Position numbers and translations under genes: made by a program. Below the pieces are notes generated by a model. That model made no database searches. It saw only the letters and a program-made list of their open reading frames with translations, and was not told the DNA's origin. 28,912 nt of DNA from a virus (taxonomy: Duplodnaviria > Caudoviricetes), in IMG/VR virus record IMGVR_UViG_3300025167_000046, positions 1 through 28,912 of that record. The stretch is one strand, 5' to 3'. Positions 16,653 through 25,949 of the stretch are shown here, one piece after another (the stretch's first letter is position 1; each line of letters opens with the position of its first letter).

Positions 16653-16786
16653 AAATTACTTTACCTAATTGTTGTTTTGTGTGTGATTCACCAGAATTTG
16701 ATATCCACTTTGAGGATCAAAAACCTGTATCGTTTACTTGTAGTGGATGTTCGTATGGATATGAATTTAAAAGGAGGATAAAATGA
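16649..16786 (+). CDS. Zn-ribbon microprotein (45 aa)
   Basis: CFVC...CSGC; ATGA-coupled. Confidence 0.6.
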   Translation: MKITLPNCCFVCDSPEFDIHFEDQKPVSFTCSGCSYGYEFKRRIK

Positions 16787-17082
16787 CAAAAAAGGAAGGA
16801 ACAAAATTTTATTTCAGGGAATGGTTGAGTAAAGAGTATGGCATCAGTTATACTGCATACACTAAACTTGATTTACGACAAAAAAAAGATGTACAAGGGA
16901 AATATAAGACATCAAAAGAAAGAAGGCACGGTACAGGAAGATGACAATTAAATTTTGGCAAATAACGGTGAGTAAAAATGTTCTTTTCGCTTTGGATCAA
17001 TATGGTAGAATATGGGAATTAAATTTATGTGATAGAACATGGAGTACAGTTTTATCACCGATAGAAGATAGGGAGAAGCACG

Positions 17083-17346
17083 ATGGAAGATAATTGCCCT
17101 AAGTGCGAAGGTTTTTTAAAGCCTCCGTATTGGCTTAAAACTAGACAAGGAAAGGTTTATACTATCGAGTGCGTTCAGTGTGGGTGGTTTTTATATCATC
17201 CTACTTTGGTAGTGATATACAAAACCACAAGAGAAGAATTACTCGAAGAAGGACTACATAGCTTGCTACATAAAATTGTAGCACCGTTTGTAGCAAAGAT
17301 GAATGCTACAATAAGCACTATAGACATAAATAAATATGAGTTTTAA
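17083..17346 (+). CDS. Zn-ribbon protein
   Basis: CPKC...CVQC; GGGAG RBS. Confidence 0.7.
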   Translation: MEDNCPKCEGFLKPPYWLKTRQGKVYTIECVQCGWFLYHPTLVVIYKTTREELLEEGLHSLLHKIVAPFVAKMNATISTIDINKYEF

Positions 17347-17611
17347 ATGATTATAATATTAATTATTGTATTCTTTATTATATATTATGGTAGTGTATAT
17401 TATTTAACAAGGCCATATAAATAATATGTATAATATAATAAAGGAACAACTCAAGATATATTTATATATTAATACTATAGTGTTTTTAGTATTAGTATAT
17501 ATAATACTATTACAAATATATATGATAGATAGATTTTTTATATTGGTCAAGAGAGAGGTTCGAGAGAGGTGTACAAAAATGTACAAAAATAAATATCTGA
17601 AATAGCCTCAA

Positions 17612-17645
17612 AAACTTGACTTTCAGTGTTTTGATATGGTATAAT
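17612..17645 (+). promoter_or_regulatory. Sigma70-type promoter for replication genes (18-bp spacer class)
   Basis: AAAC-TTGACT-TTCAGTGTTTTGATATGG-TATAAT. Confidence 0.75.
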
Positions 17646-17670
17646 TATAATATAGAAAGAGAGGAATTTT

Positions 17671-17877
17671 ATGTTAAAACCATATGAACCTAGACCTAGA
17701 ATTATTCATTGTGATTCGCCTAATAATAAAGTACATTTCAGGTGGGGAATGAAAGAATTAGAAGTAATCAGAGGAAAGAATGGTGTGATTACGATAAGAG
17801 CTAACACTGGGGGAAGATTATCAGTAAACCCTATTGTGTCCAACGTAGTAGAAGTTAAAATAGTGGGGTTTTTTTAA
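17671..17877 (+). CDS. Hypothetical protein
   Basis: AGAGGA RBS, 68 aa. Confidence 0.65.
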   Translation: MLKPYEPRPRIIHCDSPNNKVHFRWGMKELEVIRGKNGVITIRANTGGRLSVNPIVSNVVEVKIVGFF

Positions 17878-18834
17878 ATGACTTTTAAACCTTATCCAAA
17901 AGTTTATAACATAGGCAGTAAAGGATTTGAGAGAATCTTTGAATTGCCTGTAGAGATATCAGAAAAGATTGATGGGTCTAACGTATCTATCCATCGGACG
18001 GAAGAAGGAATAAAATTAGCGTCCAGATCAAAATGGTTATCACACCAATCTCCAGGTGATGTAGGAATGTTTAGCAAATTTGTTAATTGGGTTAGATGTA
18101 GTGAATTCGATCTATCCTGCCTTCCTTTAGGTTCTGCACTGTGGGGAGAATTTAGCAATAACCATAATGTTTTAAAGTATGAAAAGACTTGTCCATTTAT
18201 TCTGTTTGATGTAAGTTACACAGATGAATTTGGGAATAGAAAATTTTTACCAAGAAACGAATGGAATAGTTTTTTTAGGAACTGGTTTGGATCGGATGAT
18301 TTTATGTATGAACATTTAAATCCGATAAAAGTATTGTTTACACCACAAGAAAATACTTCGCTCAGTAGATTGCCCATGCCAATTAAAGAATGGATGGATA
18401 GTATTTTAAAAACTCCTTCGATGTTAGGTGGTAAAATTGAGGGGATAGCAATAAAAAATTATACAGAATTAACTTCGCATGGTGAATTGTTATTTTGTAA
18501 ATATGTAGCACCGGAATTTAAAGAACAGCACAGAGTAAGCACGAAGGGATTACCTGGAGAACCTATAGAAAAACAGATAGCAGACAGTTATTACAACGAT
18601 GCCAGATTGGTAAAGGCAATAAGTAGATTGAAAGAGGATGGCAGATGGACAGGCGAATTAAAAGACATAGGCCCATTGATAGGGATTGTTAATCAAGATA
18701 TTTATACTGAGTGTGAACAAGATATTAAACAAGACTTGTTCGATCATTTTTGGAAACAAATAACAAGGATGGTAACAAGTAGAATACCACAAAATTATAA
18801 AGATCATTTGGAGAAAAACAATGCTAAGACTTAG
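17878..18834 (+). CDS. RNA ligase, Rnl2-like family
   Basis: YPKV, motif I EKIDGSN, ASRS, WGEF, FILFDV, IEGIAIK, CKYVAPEFKE. Confidence 0.85.
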   Translation: MTFKPYPKVYNIGSKGFERIFELPVEISEKIDGSNVSIHRTEEGIKLASRSKWLSHQSPGDVGMFSKFVNWVRCSEFDLSCLPLGSALWGEFSNNHNVLKYEKTCPFILFDVSYTDEFGNRKFLPRNEWNSFFRNWFGSDDFMYEHLNPIKVLFTPQENTSLSRLPMPIKEWMDSILKTPSMLGGKIEGIAIKNYTELTSHGELLFCKYVAPEFKEQHRVSTKGLPGEPIEKQIADSYYNDARLVKAISRLKEDGRWTGELKDIGPLIGIVNQDIYTECEQDIKQDLFDHFWKQITRMVTSRIPQNYKDHLEKNNAKT

Positions 18835-19024
18835 ATATTTCAAGGCAGCGAAACAGCGACATGATTTTCAATTTGTTGGGCATCAAGTAAAATTGCCAGC
18901 GAACCATGAAATTCAGGCGCAATTATGGTATAAATTTTTCTGGCATTGTGTACCAGGGGTAGTTTATGACACTCTAAGAGAGTTATTTGTGAGGAATGAT
19001 GACCCCATCACGCCAGGAGAGTGA
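18821..19024 (+). CDS. Hypothetical protein
   Basis: GGAG RBS, overlaps both neighbours. Confidence 0.6.
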   Translation: MLRLRYFKAAKQRHDFQFVGHQVKLPANHEIQAQLWYKFFWHCVPGVVYDTLRELFVRNDDPITPGE

Positions 19025-20550
19025 TGATGTTGGAAAACTATATTGAGCAATACAAAAAACTCGGATGGAAATTAATACCACTCAAAGAGAAGATACCATT
19101 TTTAAAAGACTGGCAAAATAGGGTATGGGACACCCCGATTACTTATAACGGGAATATAGGAATTCAAACAGGGGAGGTATCTGGAATAATTGTAGTGGAT
19201 GTTGACCACGAAATTTTTGATGATAGTGTGGTGGAAAAAACAATATTCGAGAGTATAACTCCATTCACAAGAACAGGCAAAGGATGGCACTATTATTTTA
19301 AATACCTAGAAGGAGTTAGAAATTCTGTAGCAAAACTAGGGCCTGGGATTGATATTCGATCAAATAATGGGTATGTAGTTGCTCCCCCATCTATTCATCC
19401 AGACACCCATAAACCTTACGAATGGATTGTACCACCTATGGAATGCCCACTAGCAGAATTTCCAAAAGAATTATATGAAAAGTTGCAGCACAAAGAGTAT
19501 GAAGATTTTCACGGCCACAATATTATAAATTTAGATATGGTAAAAGAAGGCCAAAGAAATAATTATCTTACTTCACTAGCAGGCACTATGCGAAATAGAG
19601 GGTTTGGTTTTGAAGCAATCTATAAAGCAATAGATCAAGAAAATCAAGATAAATGTAATCCACCATTGGAACAATATGAAGTGAGAACAATAGCAGAAAG
19701 TATATCAAAGTATGAACCACAAGATCGAGTGGGGGTAGCTCCAAACGTAGAGCAGTCGTCTCCAAAACGACAGGATGATGGTTCAAATCCATCCCCCCAT
19801 GCCAATATTCATAAATATTCTGAGATTAAAAAGATAGAATTTCCACCAGTGGAAGTTATCCCTACAGGCATAAAAAGTTTAGATCAATACTTCGATGGTG
19901 GATTAGGATTAAAAGAGCTAAGTTTATTCGTAGCAGAACAAGAGACAGGTAAATCAACTATTGCTTGTCAAATCGGAGCTAATGCAGTCAGGAATGGATA
20001 TAATGTATTGCATGTCTTTTATGAAGATGAATTAAAATCGGTGAAAGAAAGATATGATGGACATAACATTAATCCAGAAGAATCTTTAACAGATGTTTTT
20101 TTACTAGATGCTACATCCCATCCGGTTAGCGTAGAGACAATAGAAAAAAAGATCAAAGAAATAAAACCAGGGCTAGTGATTGTGGATTACTTTGCCAGGA
20201 TACCATCATCAAGAGGATTGAATGAAAACAGGTTTGAACTTAGAGACACGATGATGAAGTTAGGTAATCTTGCAAGGCAGAATGATTGTCATGTTATGGT
20301 TTTAGATCATGTTACTATCACCTTCAAAGATTATTCTGATAGTAAGGAACCCTGGTGTTATAAGATGCGAACACACAGAATAGCAGAGGCAAAGATGTTT
20401 AAATTAATGGTGATTAATCTTTGTATCGGGATGGTGAGGGACAAAGATGAAAAAACTGTATGGGTAACTGGGATGAAAAATAAGAGAAGGGCTAGACAAT
20501 TATTCAAACAATTTACTATTGATTGGGAAAAGGGAGTATTCAATGGATAG
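19021..20550 (+). CDS. Bifunctional primase-polymerase + PriCT + SF4-like helicase fusion
   Basis: NIGIQTG, VVDVD, RTGKGWHYYF, DIRSNNGYVVAPPSIH; EGQRNNYL (PriCT); Walker A AEQETGKST, Walker B VIVDY. Confidence 0.9.
   Translation: MMMLENYIEQYKKLGWKLIPLKEKIPFLKDWQNRVWDTPITYNGNIGIQTGEVSGIIVVDVDHEIFDDSVVEKTIFESITPFTRTGKGWHYYFKYLEGVRNSVAKLGPGIDIRSNNGYVVAPPSIHPDTHKPYEWIVPPMECPLAEFPKELYEKLQHKEYEDFHGHNIINLDMVKEGQRNNYLTSLAGTMRNRGFGFEAIYKAIDQENQDKCNPPLEQYEVRTIAESISKYEPQDRVGVAPNVEQSSPKRQDDGSNPSPHANIHKYSEIKKIEFPPVEVIPTGIKSLDQYFDGGLGLKELSLFVAEQETGKSTIACQIGANAVRNGYNVLHVFYEDELKSVKERYDGHNINPEESLTDVFLLDATSHPVSVETIEKKIKEIKPGLVIVDYFARIPSSRGLNENRFELRDTMMKLGNLARQNDCHVMVLDHVTITFKDYSDSKEPWCYKMRTHRIAEAKMFKLMVINLCIGMVRDKDEKTVWVTGMKNKRRARQLFKQFTIDWEKGVFNG
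19729..19804 (+). tRNA. tRNA-Trp (CCA), nested in the primase-helicase CDS
   Basis: Acceptor GTGGGGG/CCCCCAT + G73 + CCA; D stem GCTC/GAGC; anticodon arm GTCGT-CTCCAAA-ACGAC; T arm GATGG-TTCAAAT-CCATC; 76 nt. Confidence 0.93.
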
Positions 20551-20899
20551 TATAAAAGTTTACTTGACAGGGAAAAAAAGAAAGTTTTACACCGTAGATA
20601 GACATGAGCCATATATTGTGGCTTGCAAAGATTTTCCACTTGGCAGATGGTTATATTGTTGGGAATTTGTGAAAGAATCTTGGTTAACGTACAGACGCTT
20701 TGATGTTTATGAAGGATATTATTATAAAACAAATAATAATCTATACAGATTATTTTATAACAACGAATATGGTTTTTGGATAGGGAGATTTTTTCTATAT
20801 AATAATGGTGATGCCGAACGTGGAGGTTGGGGCACAGTCGAAAAAGAATTAGGGGCAGTTTATTGTGAGACATTAAAAGGGAGATTTTATTGGAAATGA
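20543..20899 (+). CDS. Hypothetical aromatic-rich protein
   Basis: ATG 20543 after AGGGAG preferred over TTG 20519. Confidence 0.6.
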   Translation: MDSIKVYLTGKKRKFYTVDRHEPYIVACKDFPLGRWLYCWEFVKESWLTYRRFDVYEGYYYKTNNNLYRLFYNNEYGFWIGRFFLYNNGDAERGGWGTVEKELGAVYCETLKGRFYWK

Positions 20900-21186
20900 G
20901 TAAAATAATTATAGAAATAGAAACACTAAGATCAGGCCAGCCAAGAGCATATGCTGATTCGGTGTATGAATATTTTGTTACAGTAAAAAATTATTGGAAC
21001 AGTACGACAGGAGAACAAGAAGGGACATTCACCCCGAAGGAAGAAGATATTAAGGAATTGGTACAAATGTTTGGGCATAAATTTGTAGAAAAATCTACTT
21101 GTTGGGCTGATCCTGTATTGAAAGAATTTGAAAAGATAGACTTCAGAACATATAGAGTAAGAATTATTGACCCCTTCAAGGATTAA
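20896..21186 (+). CDS. Hypothetical protein
   Basis: ATGA-coupled start, in operon. Confidence 0.65.
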   Translation: MSKIIIEIETLRSGQPRAYADSVYEYFVTVKNYWNSTTGEQEGTFTPKEEDIKELVQMFGHKFVEKSTCWADPVLKEFEKIDFRTYRVRIIDPFKD

Positions 21187-21187
21187 T

Positions 21188-22839
21188 ATGGTGATTACAC
21201 TCGATTGCGAAACCATCGGCGTAGATCATCATCACCCTGATTTTAAAGTATTGTTTAATGGGTTTTATGATCCCGAAGATAATTTTTTGTATCAAGGGCC
21301 TTGTGATGTAACCGTAACGACTGATCACCCAGTAACATTTATAGGACACAATATTAAATTTGATCTTAAATGTTTATTAAAACAAGGTTATAGTTTATCA
21401 GATAATTTTTATGACACCCAGGTAGCGGTACATATTCTCAGGGAAGATTTAGATAGTCATGGTTATAAACTGGAAAATTTGGCAAAGTTATTATATCAGT
21501 ATCCTAATTACAAGAAGATGATAGATTTTGAAAGAGAAGAATATTGGAATGACATCGGATGGTTAAAACTTTATAACAAACACGATTTAATATTCACAAA
21601 ACAGTTAAAGAATTTAACAGAGCCAGCATTAAAAAGAACTGGGAAGTGGGCACTATTTCAAATGATGATGGAGTATGTGAAGCATCTAACCACACTCGAA
21701 ATGAGAGGGATAAAAATAGATGTCGATGAATTAGATAGACAGGGAGCGATATGGACAGCCAAGAGAATAAAAACTCTCGAAGAACTGAGAAATTATTCCA
21801 CCAAGTTAGATTGGGATAGTGATACATCGAAGCCCGTTAAGGAATATTTCCATAAATATTTTAAAGTCCCATTAACAGAAAAAAAGAACATAAAATTAAA
21901 TGAACTTGTATTAAAAGATTTGGCTGAAAATCAAGAATCAAAAGAAGCAGAGTTGGTTTTAATATTGAGAGCATGTACAAAACAAATAGGAACATATAAT
22001 GAAGGGTTCAGATCGAGGCTTTACGAGGGATATTATTACCCTGATTATTCTCTTATCTCTACTCTTACTGGTAGGTTAAGTGAACATTTTATTCAGGTGA
22101 TGCCAAGAAAAGAAACGAGTGAATTTAAAAAGTGCATAGTTTCAAAATTTCCTGACGGATACTTGTTATCAAATGACTGGTCAAGGTTGGAAGCATTACT
22201 TCAAGCAGAGTTAGTCTGGATTGTAACAGGAAAGCACAAGCTGGCAGATGATCTTATGTCAGGGTATGATATTCATGACGCTACATTAAAGAAATTTAAA
22301 TTCTTACCGGATAGAACTAGGGCCAAGAATGCAAATTTTAGTACGATATTTGGTGGCAGAGGCTACACCTTAGTACAGGAGTATGGGTTCACATGGCCCC
22401 AGGCGAAGGAATTTGTACATGATTTAACTGTTATCAGATATCCAGAATTATCAGAACTATTCGGAATAATAGGGGCCAGAATTATAAATGAACATTATGT
22501 AGAGCATCCTTACACCCATAGAGGTAGGCATACTGATAATTATAATGAAGGACTGAATGCTCCAATTCAAGGGATAGGCACAGATATAACAAGATTATGA
22601 CAATCGTGTTATCGGAGAAGTTGCAAGGATATCAGAGCCATGTGTGCTTGGATTGTCATGATGATCTCACTATTGATGTACATCCAGAGGAAAAAGATGA
22701 AGTTATTCAGATAGTTAAGAAGGAGTATGGTAACTTCTCCGAACACTTTCACAGATTTTTTGGAGTAGAATTAAAGGTAAGGTACAATGCTGAACATAAG
22801 ATAGGGAGAAATTTATATGACATGGAAAAAATTACTTAA
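21188..22839 (+). CDS. Family A DNA polymerase with 3'-5' exonuclease, split by a frameshift near 22585-22600
   Basis: Exo DCET, GHNIKFD, YNKHD; TLTGRLS; motif A NDWSRLE; motif B RTRAKNANFSTIFG; NAPIQG; motif C CHDDL lies in the second ORF 22597-22839. Confidence 0.88.
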
Positions 22840-23017
22840 TTTAATTGTTAAATATCGAAAGAAATACCCATGTTTTAATATTGCTTTGGTAATATATCCT
22901 GATGGTTCAGGGAGTTTTAGGGATATGGACACTCTTGTTGGAAGAGTTTACCTCAATGGATTAAGAGAAAGTTTTAATAATCTTTCAGAATTACAAAAAA
23001 TATGTCGAAAAACTTGA
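22817..23017 (+). CDS. Hypothetical protein
   Basis: GGGAG RBS, 66 aa. Confidence 0.55.
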   Translation: MTWKKLLNLIVKYRKKYPCFNIALVIYPDGSGSFRDMDTLVGRVYLNGLRESFNNLSELQKICRKT

Positions 23018-23043
23018 CTTTGGGGGTTTGTGTATGGTATAAT
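23010..23043 (+). promoter_or_regulatory. Sigma70-type promoter (18-bp spacer class)
   Basis: AAAC-TTGACT-TTGGGGGTTTGTGTATGG-TATAAT. Confidence 0.75.
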
Positions 23044-23323
23044 TAATATATAGTCTAAAGGAGGGAACAATGTCGCAAGCGAGTAGGAGTTTCTTAAAAA
23101 AGAGGTTACGTCAATTGGAACGTGAACAGACAAATCTCAGGAACCATTACAATCTATTATTGAAGCGGTATATGTTTGTGCAATCCAGTTTGAAGTTGTT
23201 TTTTAAAGTTGCTGCCAGTTAATGTATGAGAAAGGATTCTATCACGCTAACGGATATTTGTATAACTGGAATGTTTTTATCAATGGGATGCGGTTAATAA
23301 AATCACAAAGAGAGGGGAAATCA

Positions 23324-23857
23324 ATGCAAGGAATAGTAGAGAAAATTAATCAGAAGGTAGTACAATTAGCTAATGGCCCCAGGACAGCTTATTCACTCTT
23401 AATTTCTGGTGCGTGGTATTCACTAGGATTTGATAATAAGTTGCTCGTAGCGTCAGGTGTAGCCGAAAAGGATACGGTAGAATTCACTTCTCACAAGAAT
23501 GAGAAGGGATATAATAACTTAGACTCTTTAACCAAGATTGCTTCTGCTCCTGCTACTTCTCCTGCTCCGGTTGCCACTACTGTAACCAAATCAACTGGTA
23601 GTGCTGATTATAGCTCAGTTGATAGGCGTGAAGCGTTAAAGGTTGCTGGCGATCTTGTTCTAGGGTATTATAATCATCCAGCATCCAAGAAGGTTACAAG
23701 TTTGGATGTTCTTCTATCCAAGACCGTAGCATTAGCAGACCATTTATTTAGATATATTTCTACAGGGAAAGTAGAAGTGGTAAATCAGGAAGATGCTGCA
23801 AAGGTAGAAGAAGTATTAAACCCAAATCCAGAAGCAACGGAAGATATACCGTTCTAA
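23324..23857 (+). CDS. Putative ssDNA-binding protein
   Basis: OB-like N-terminal strands, flexible linker, acidic C-terminal EDIPF tail; start ATG 23324 after GAGGGG. Confidence 0.6.
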   Translation: MQGIVEKINQKVVQLANGPRTAYSLLISGAWYSLGFDNKLLVASGVAEKDTVEFTSHKNEKGYNNLDSLTKIASAPATSPAPVATTVTKSTGSADYSSVDRREALKVAGDLVLGYYNHPASKKVTSLDVLLSKTVALADHLFRYISTGKVEVVNQEDAAKVEEVLNPNPEATEDIPF

Positions 23858-23876
23858 GAATTGGACAAATCCTATC

Positions 23877-23924
23877 TACTGTCATAATGCCTAGTTGAAG
23901 CTAGGAACTTCACATATGATAGTA
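23877..23924 (+). ncRNA. Candidate structured RNA element, same geometry as 337-381
   Basis: TACTGTCAT(A)ATG-CCTAG-TTGAAG-CTAGG-AA-CTTCA-CATATGATAGTA. Confidence 0.5.
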
Positions 23925-24014
23925 AATTAGGGGCCAGGGTTGGTATTGATAGGATACTGAGGGATTGATCTCCCTAAATCTGGCCCAATATTAAAGGAAG
24001 GAAAAGGATGCTTA

Positions 24015-24779
24015 ATGCCTAAATATTGGTCATTATTGGAACAAATATTAGATGAAGCTATTAATTTAAGGTATGAAGCAAGAAAAGCCAGGAGAAAAAA
24101 TAAAGTAAAGTTTGCTGCTTCTAATGCTGGATTTTGTAAAAGAGCTACCATATTAAACAGGATTAATGCTAAGGAAGATGATATTGACCCAAGAACTAAG
24201 CGTGTTTTTTGGATTGGAGAAATTTTCCATGACGCTATAGTAAATCTTCTAAGGACAGTAAGTGGTAGGTTAGTCGCAGCAGAAGAATATGTAGGTAAAT
24301 ATGAAGATGACATTGGAGCAAAGTTTGATTTTATACTGAGAGATGATAATGGTCTTAATGAATTAAATGAACTAAAAACCGTTACAGATGGTGGTATATG
24401 GGCCAAGATATTGAAGGCAAAGAAACCAGATCACCACCATGTATTTCAAGCGTTGACATATTGGATTAAAAATAAAAAGTACAGGGTAGATAAATTAGTG
24501 ATATCATATATCTCTAAAGAATCTGCCATATTGAAAGTATTTAGAGTAAATGTAACAGATGCTTTATTGAAAGAAGTAAATGATTGGTGGGATAATATAA
24601 GAGAAGCATATAACAGGAAATGGTTGCCACCACCATTAGATGAAAAGTCTGTAGAATACAAAAAGTTTTGTAATAGTTGTACTTATAGAAATAAATATTG
24701 TTTTGGTGATCCAATCGAAATGGAAGAAAATATAAGGGAGTTGGTATGGGACAATGCCAAAAAATTGGAGACTAAATAA
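24015..24779 (+). CDS. PD-(D/E)XK (Cas4-like) exonuclease
   Basis: ASNAGFCKR, GEIFH, KFD, ELKT, QALTY, C-terminal CNSC..C. Confidence 0.8.
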   Translation: MPKYWSLLEQILDEAINLRYEARKARRKNKVKFAASNAGFCKRATILNRINAKEDDIDPRTKRVFWIGEIFHDAIVNLLRTVSGRLVAAEEYVGKYEDDIGAKFDFILRDDNGLNELNELKTVTDGGIWAKILKAKKPDHHHVFQALTYWIKNKKYRVDKLVISYISKESAILKVFRVNVTDALLKEVNDWWDNIREAYNRKWLPPPLDEKSVEYKKFCNSCTYRNKYCFGDPIEMEENIRELVWDNAKKLETK

Positions 24780-25206
24780 AGGTAAAGTAATCTATACAAA
24801 CGAACAAAGGCGCAAATGGAGAGAATATAAAAAAAGGGTACATTCGGAAAATAACGAACTTCACGAAAGAAGGAAGGACGTTTTGAAAAATTGGAGTAAG
24901 AGTGATAAAGGATTTAACAATCGTATCGCCAAATTGTATGGAATAGATAGAGTTTTTTTTGATAAATTGCTTAAACTTCAAAATAATAAATGTGCTGTAT
25001 GTAACACATCTTTTGATGAAAGAAAATTAAATATCGACCACGATCATTCTTTAAAAGGAAAAGAATCTGTCAGAGGATTGCTTTGTTGGCGGTGTAACAG
25101 ATTCTATGTAGCTAAAAATGATATACACAATATAGATAATGTCAGAAGGTATTTACACAATCCTCCTGCTAAATTATTAGGAAATAAAAATGGACATACT
25201 AATTGA
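24754..25206 (+). CDS. Endonuclease VII-like (HNH) protein
   Basis: QNNKCAVC, IDHDH, VRGLLCWRCN. Confidence 0.85.
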   Translation: MPKNWRLNKGKVIYTNEQRRKWREYKKRVHSENNELHERRKDVLKNWSKSDKGFNNRIAKLYGIDRVFFDKLLKLQNNKCAVCNTSFDERKLNIDHDHSLKGKESVRGLLCWRCNRFYVAKNDIHNIDNVRRYLHNPPAKLLGNKNGHTN

Positions 25207-25316
25207 TTCTGAATTACTAGAAAAATGGAGAGATACGCTACAGAATTTTATAGATTATGAAGACATTCCGCATCATGATATGGAAGAAATTATAGAAGAT
25301 GTAAATGAGTTGATAG

Positions 25317-25865
25317 GTGAAGTTTAAAATATTAATACTAATCATAGGGGTGTTAATAATAATGAGTTTTGAAAAATGTTTTGCGTTCACTATAGGAGAG
25401 GAAGGTGGGTATGCAAATCACCCTAAAGACAAGGGAGGCGAAACTAAATGGGGTATATCTAAAAATCAATACCCAAATCTTGATATCCCCATTCTCACAA
25501 AAGAAGATGCGAGAACCATTTATCTTAGAGATTACTGGGAACCGTCAGGTGCTAACCTTTTGCCTGATAAACTCTCGTTGGTTCACTTTGATTCAGCAGT
25601 TAATCATGGTGTCCCCAGGGCAATAAAATTACTTCAAGCTGTTGTTTGTGTTTTCCCTGATGGAAAGATTGGGCCTAAAACAAAAGCTGCCATAGAACGT
25701 GATATAAAATATCAGGGAGAAAGAGCATTAGTGATGTTATATTTACAAAAACGATATGAGTTTTATAAAGCTATAGTCAAAACAAATCCAGGTCAGAAAG
25801 TGTTTCTCAAAGGATGGTTAAATAGATTGGATAAACTTAGACAAGAGGTAAGGGATGGAGAATAA
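25317..25865 (+). CDS. Endolysin, glycoside hydrolase family 108 with C-terminal PG-binding domain
   Basis: EGGYANHPKDKGGETKWGI, FDSAVNHG, DGKIGPKT, FLKGWLNR; alternative start ATG 25362. Confidence 0.9.
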   Translation: MKFKILILIIGVLIIMSFEKCFAFTIGEEGGYANHPKDKGGETKWGISKNQYPNLDIPILTKEDARTIYLRDYWEPSGANLLPDKLSLVHFDSAVNHGVPRAIKLLQAVVCVFPDGKIGPKTKAAIERDIKYQGERALVMLYLQKRYEFYKAIVKTNPGQKVFLKGWLNRLDKLRQEVRDGE

Positions 25866-25949
25866 CTTAATCATAATCAAGGATTGGATATTGGAAGGAT
25901 GGGAATTAGTATTATATAATGGTAAGTATAAATTAAGGAAAACATTCTG

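Noticed and set aside
19729-19804. tRNA fragment as attP or prophage boundary
   Set aside because: The tRNA is full length, phage sequence continues in frame on both sides, and no integrase is in the window.
23538-23585. CTTCTCCTGCT match to the tRNA-Met 3' end within the SSB-like linker
   Set aside because: Low-complexity Ala/Pro/Ser codons; no cloverleaf.
23930-23990. tmRNA, tRNA or hammerhead ribozyme
   Set aside because: GGGGC start resembles tmRNA, but there is no T-arm, CCA or tag ORF, and no CUGANGA/GAAA core.
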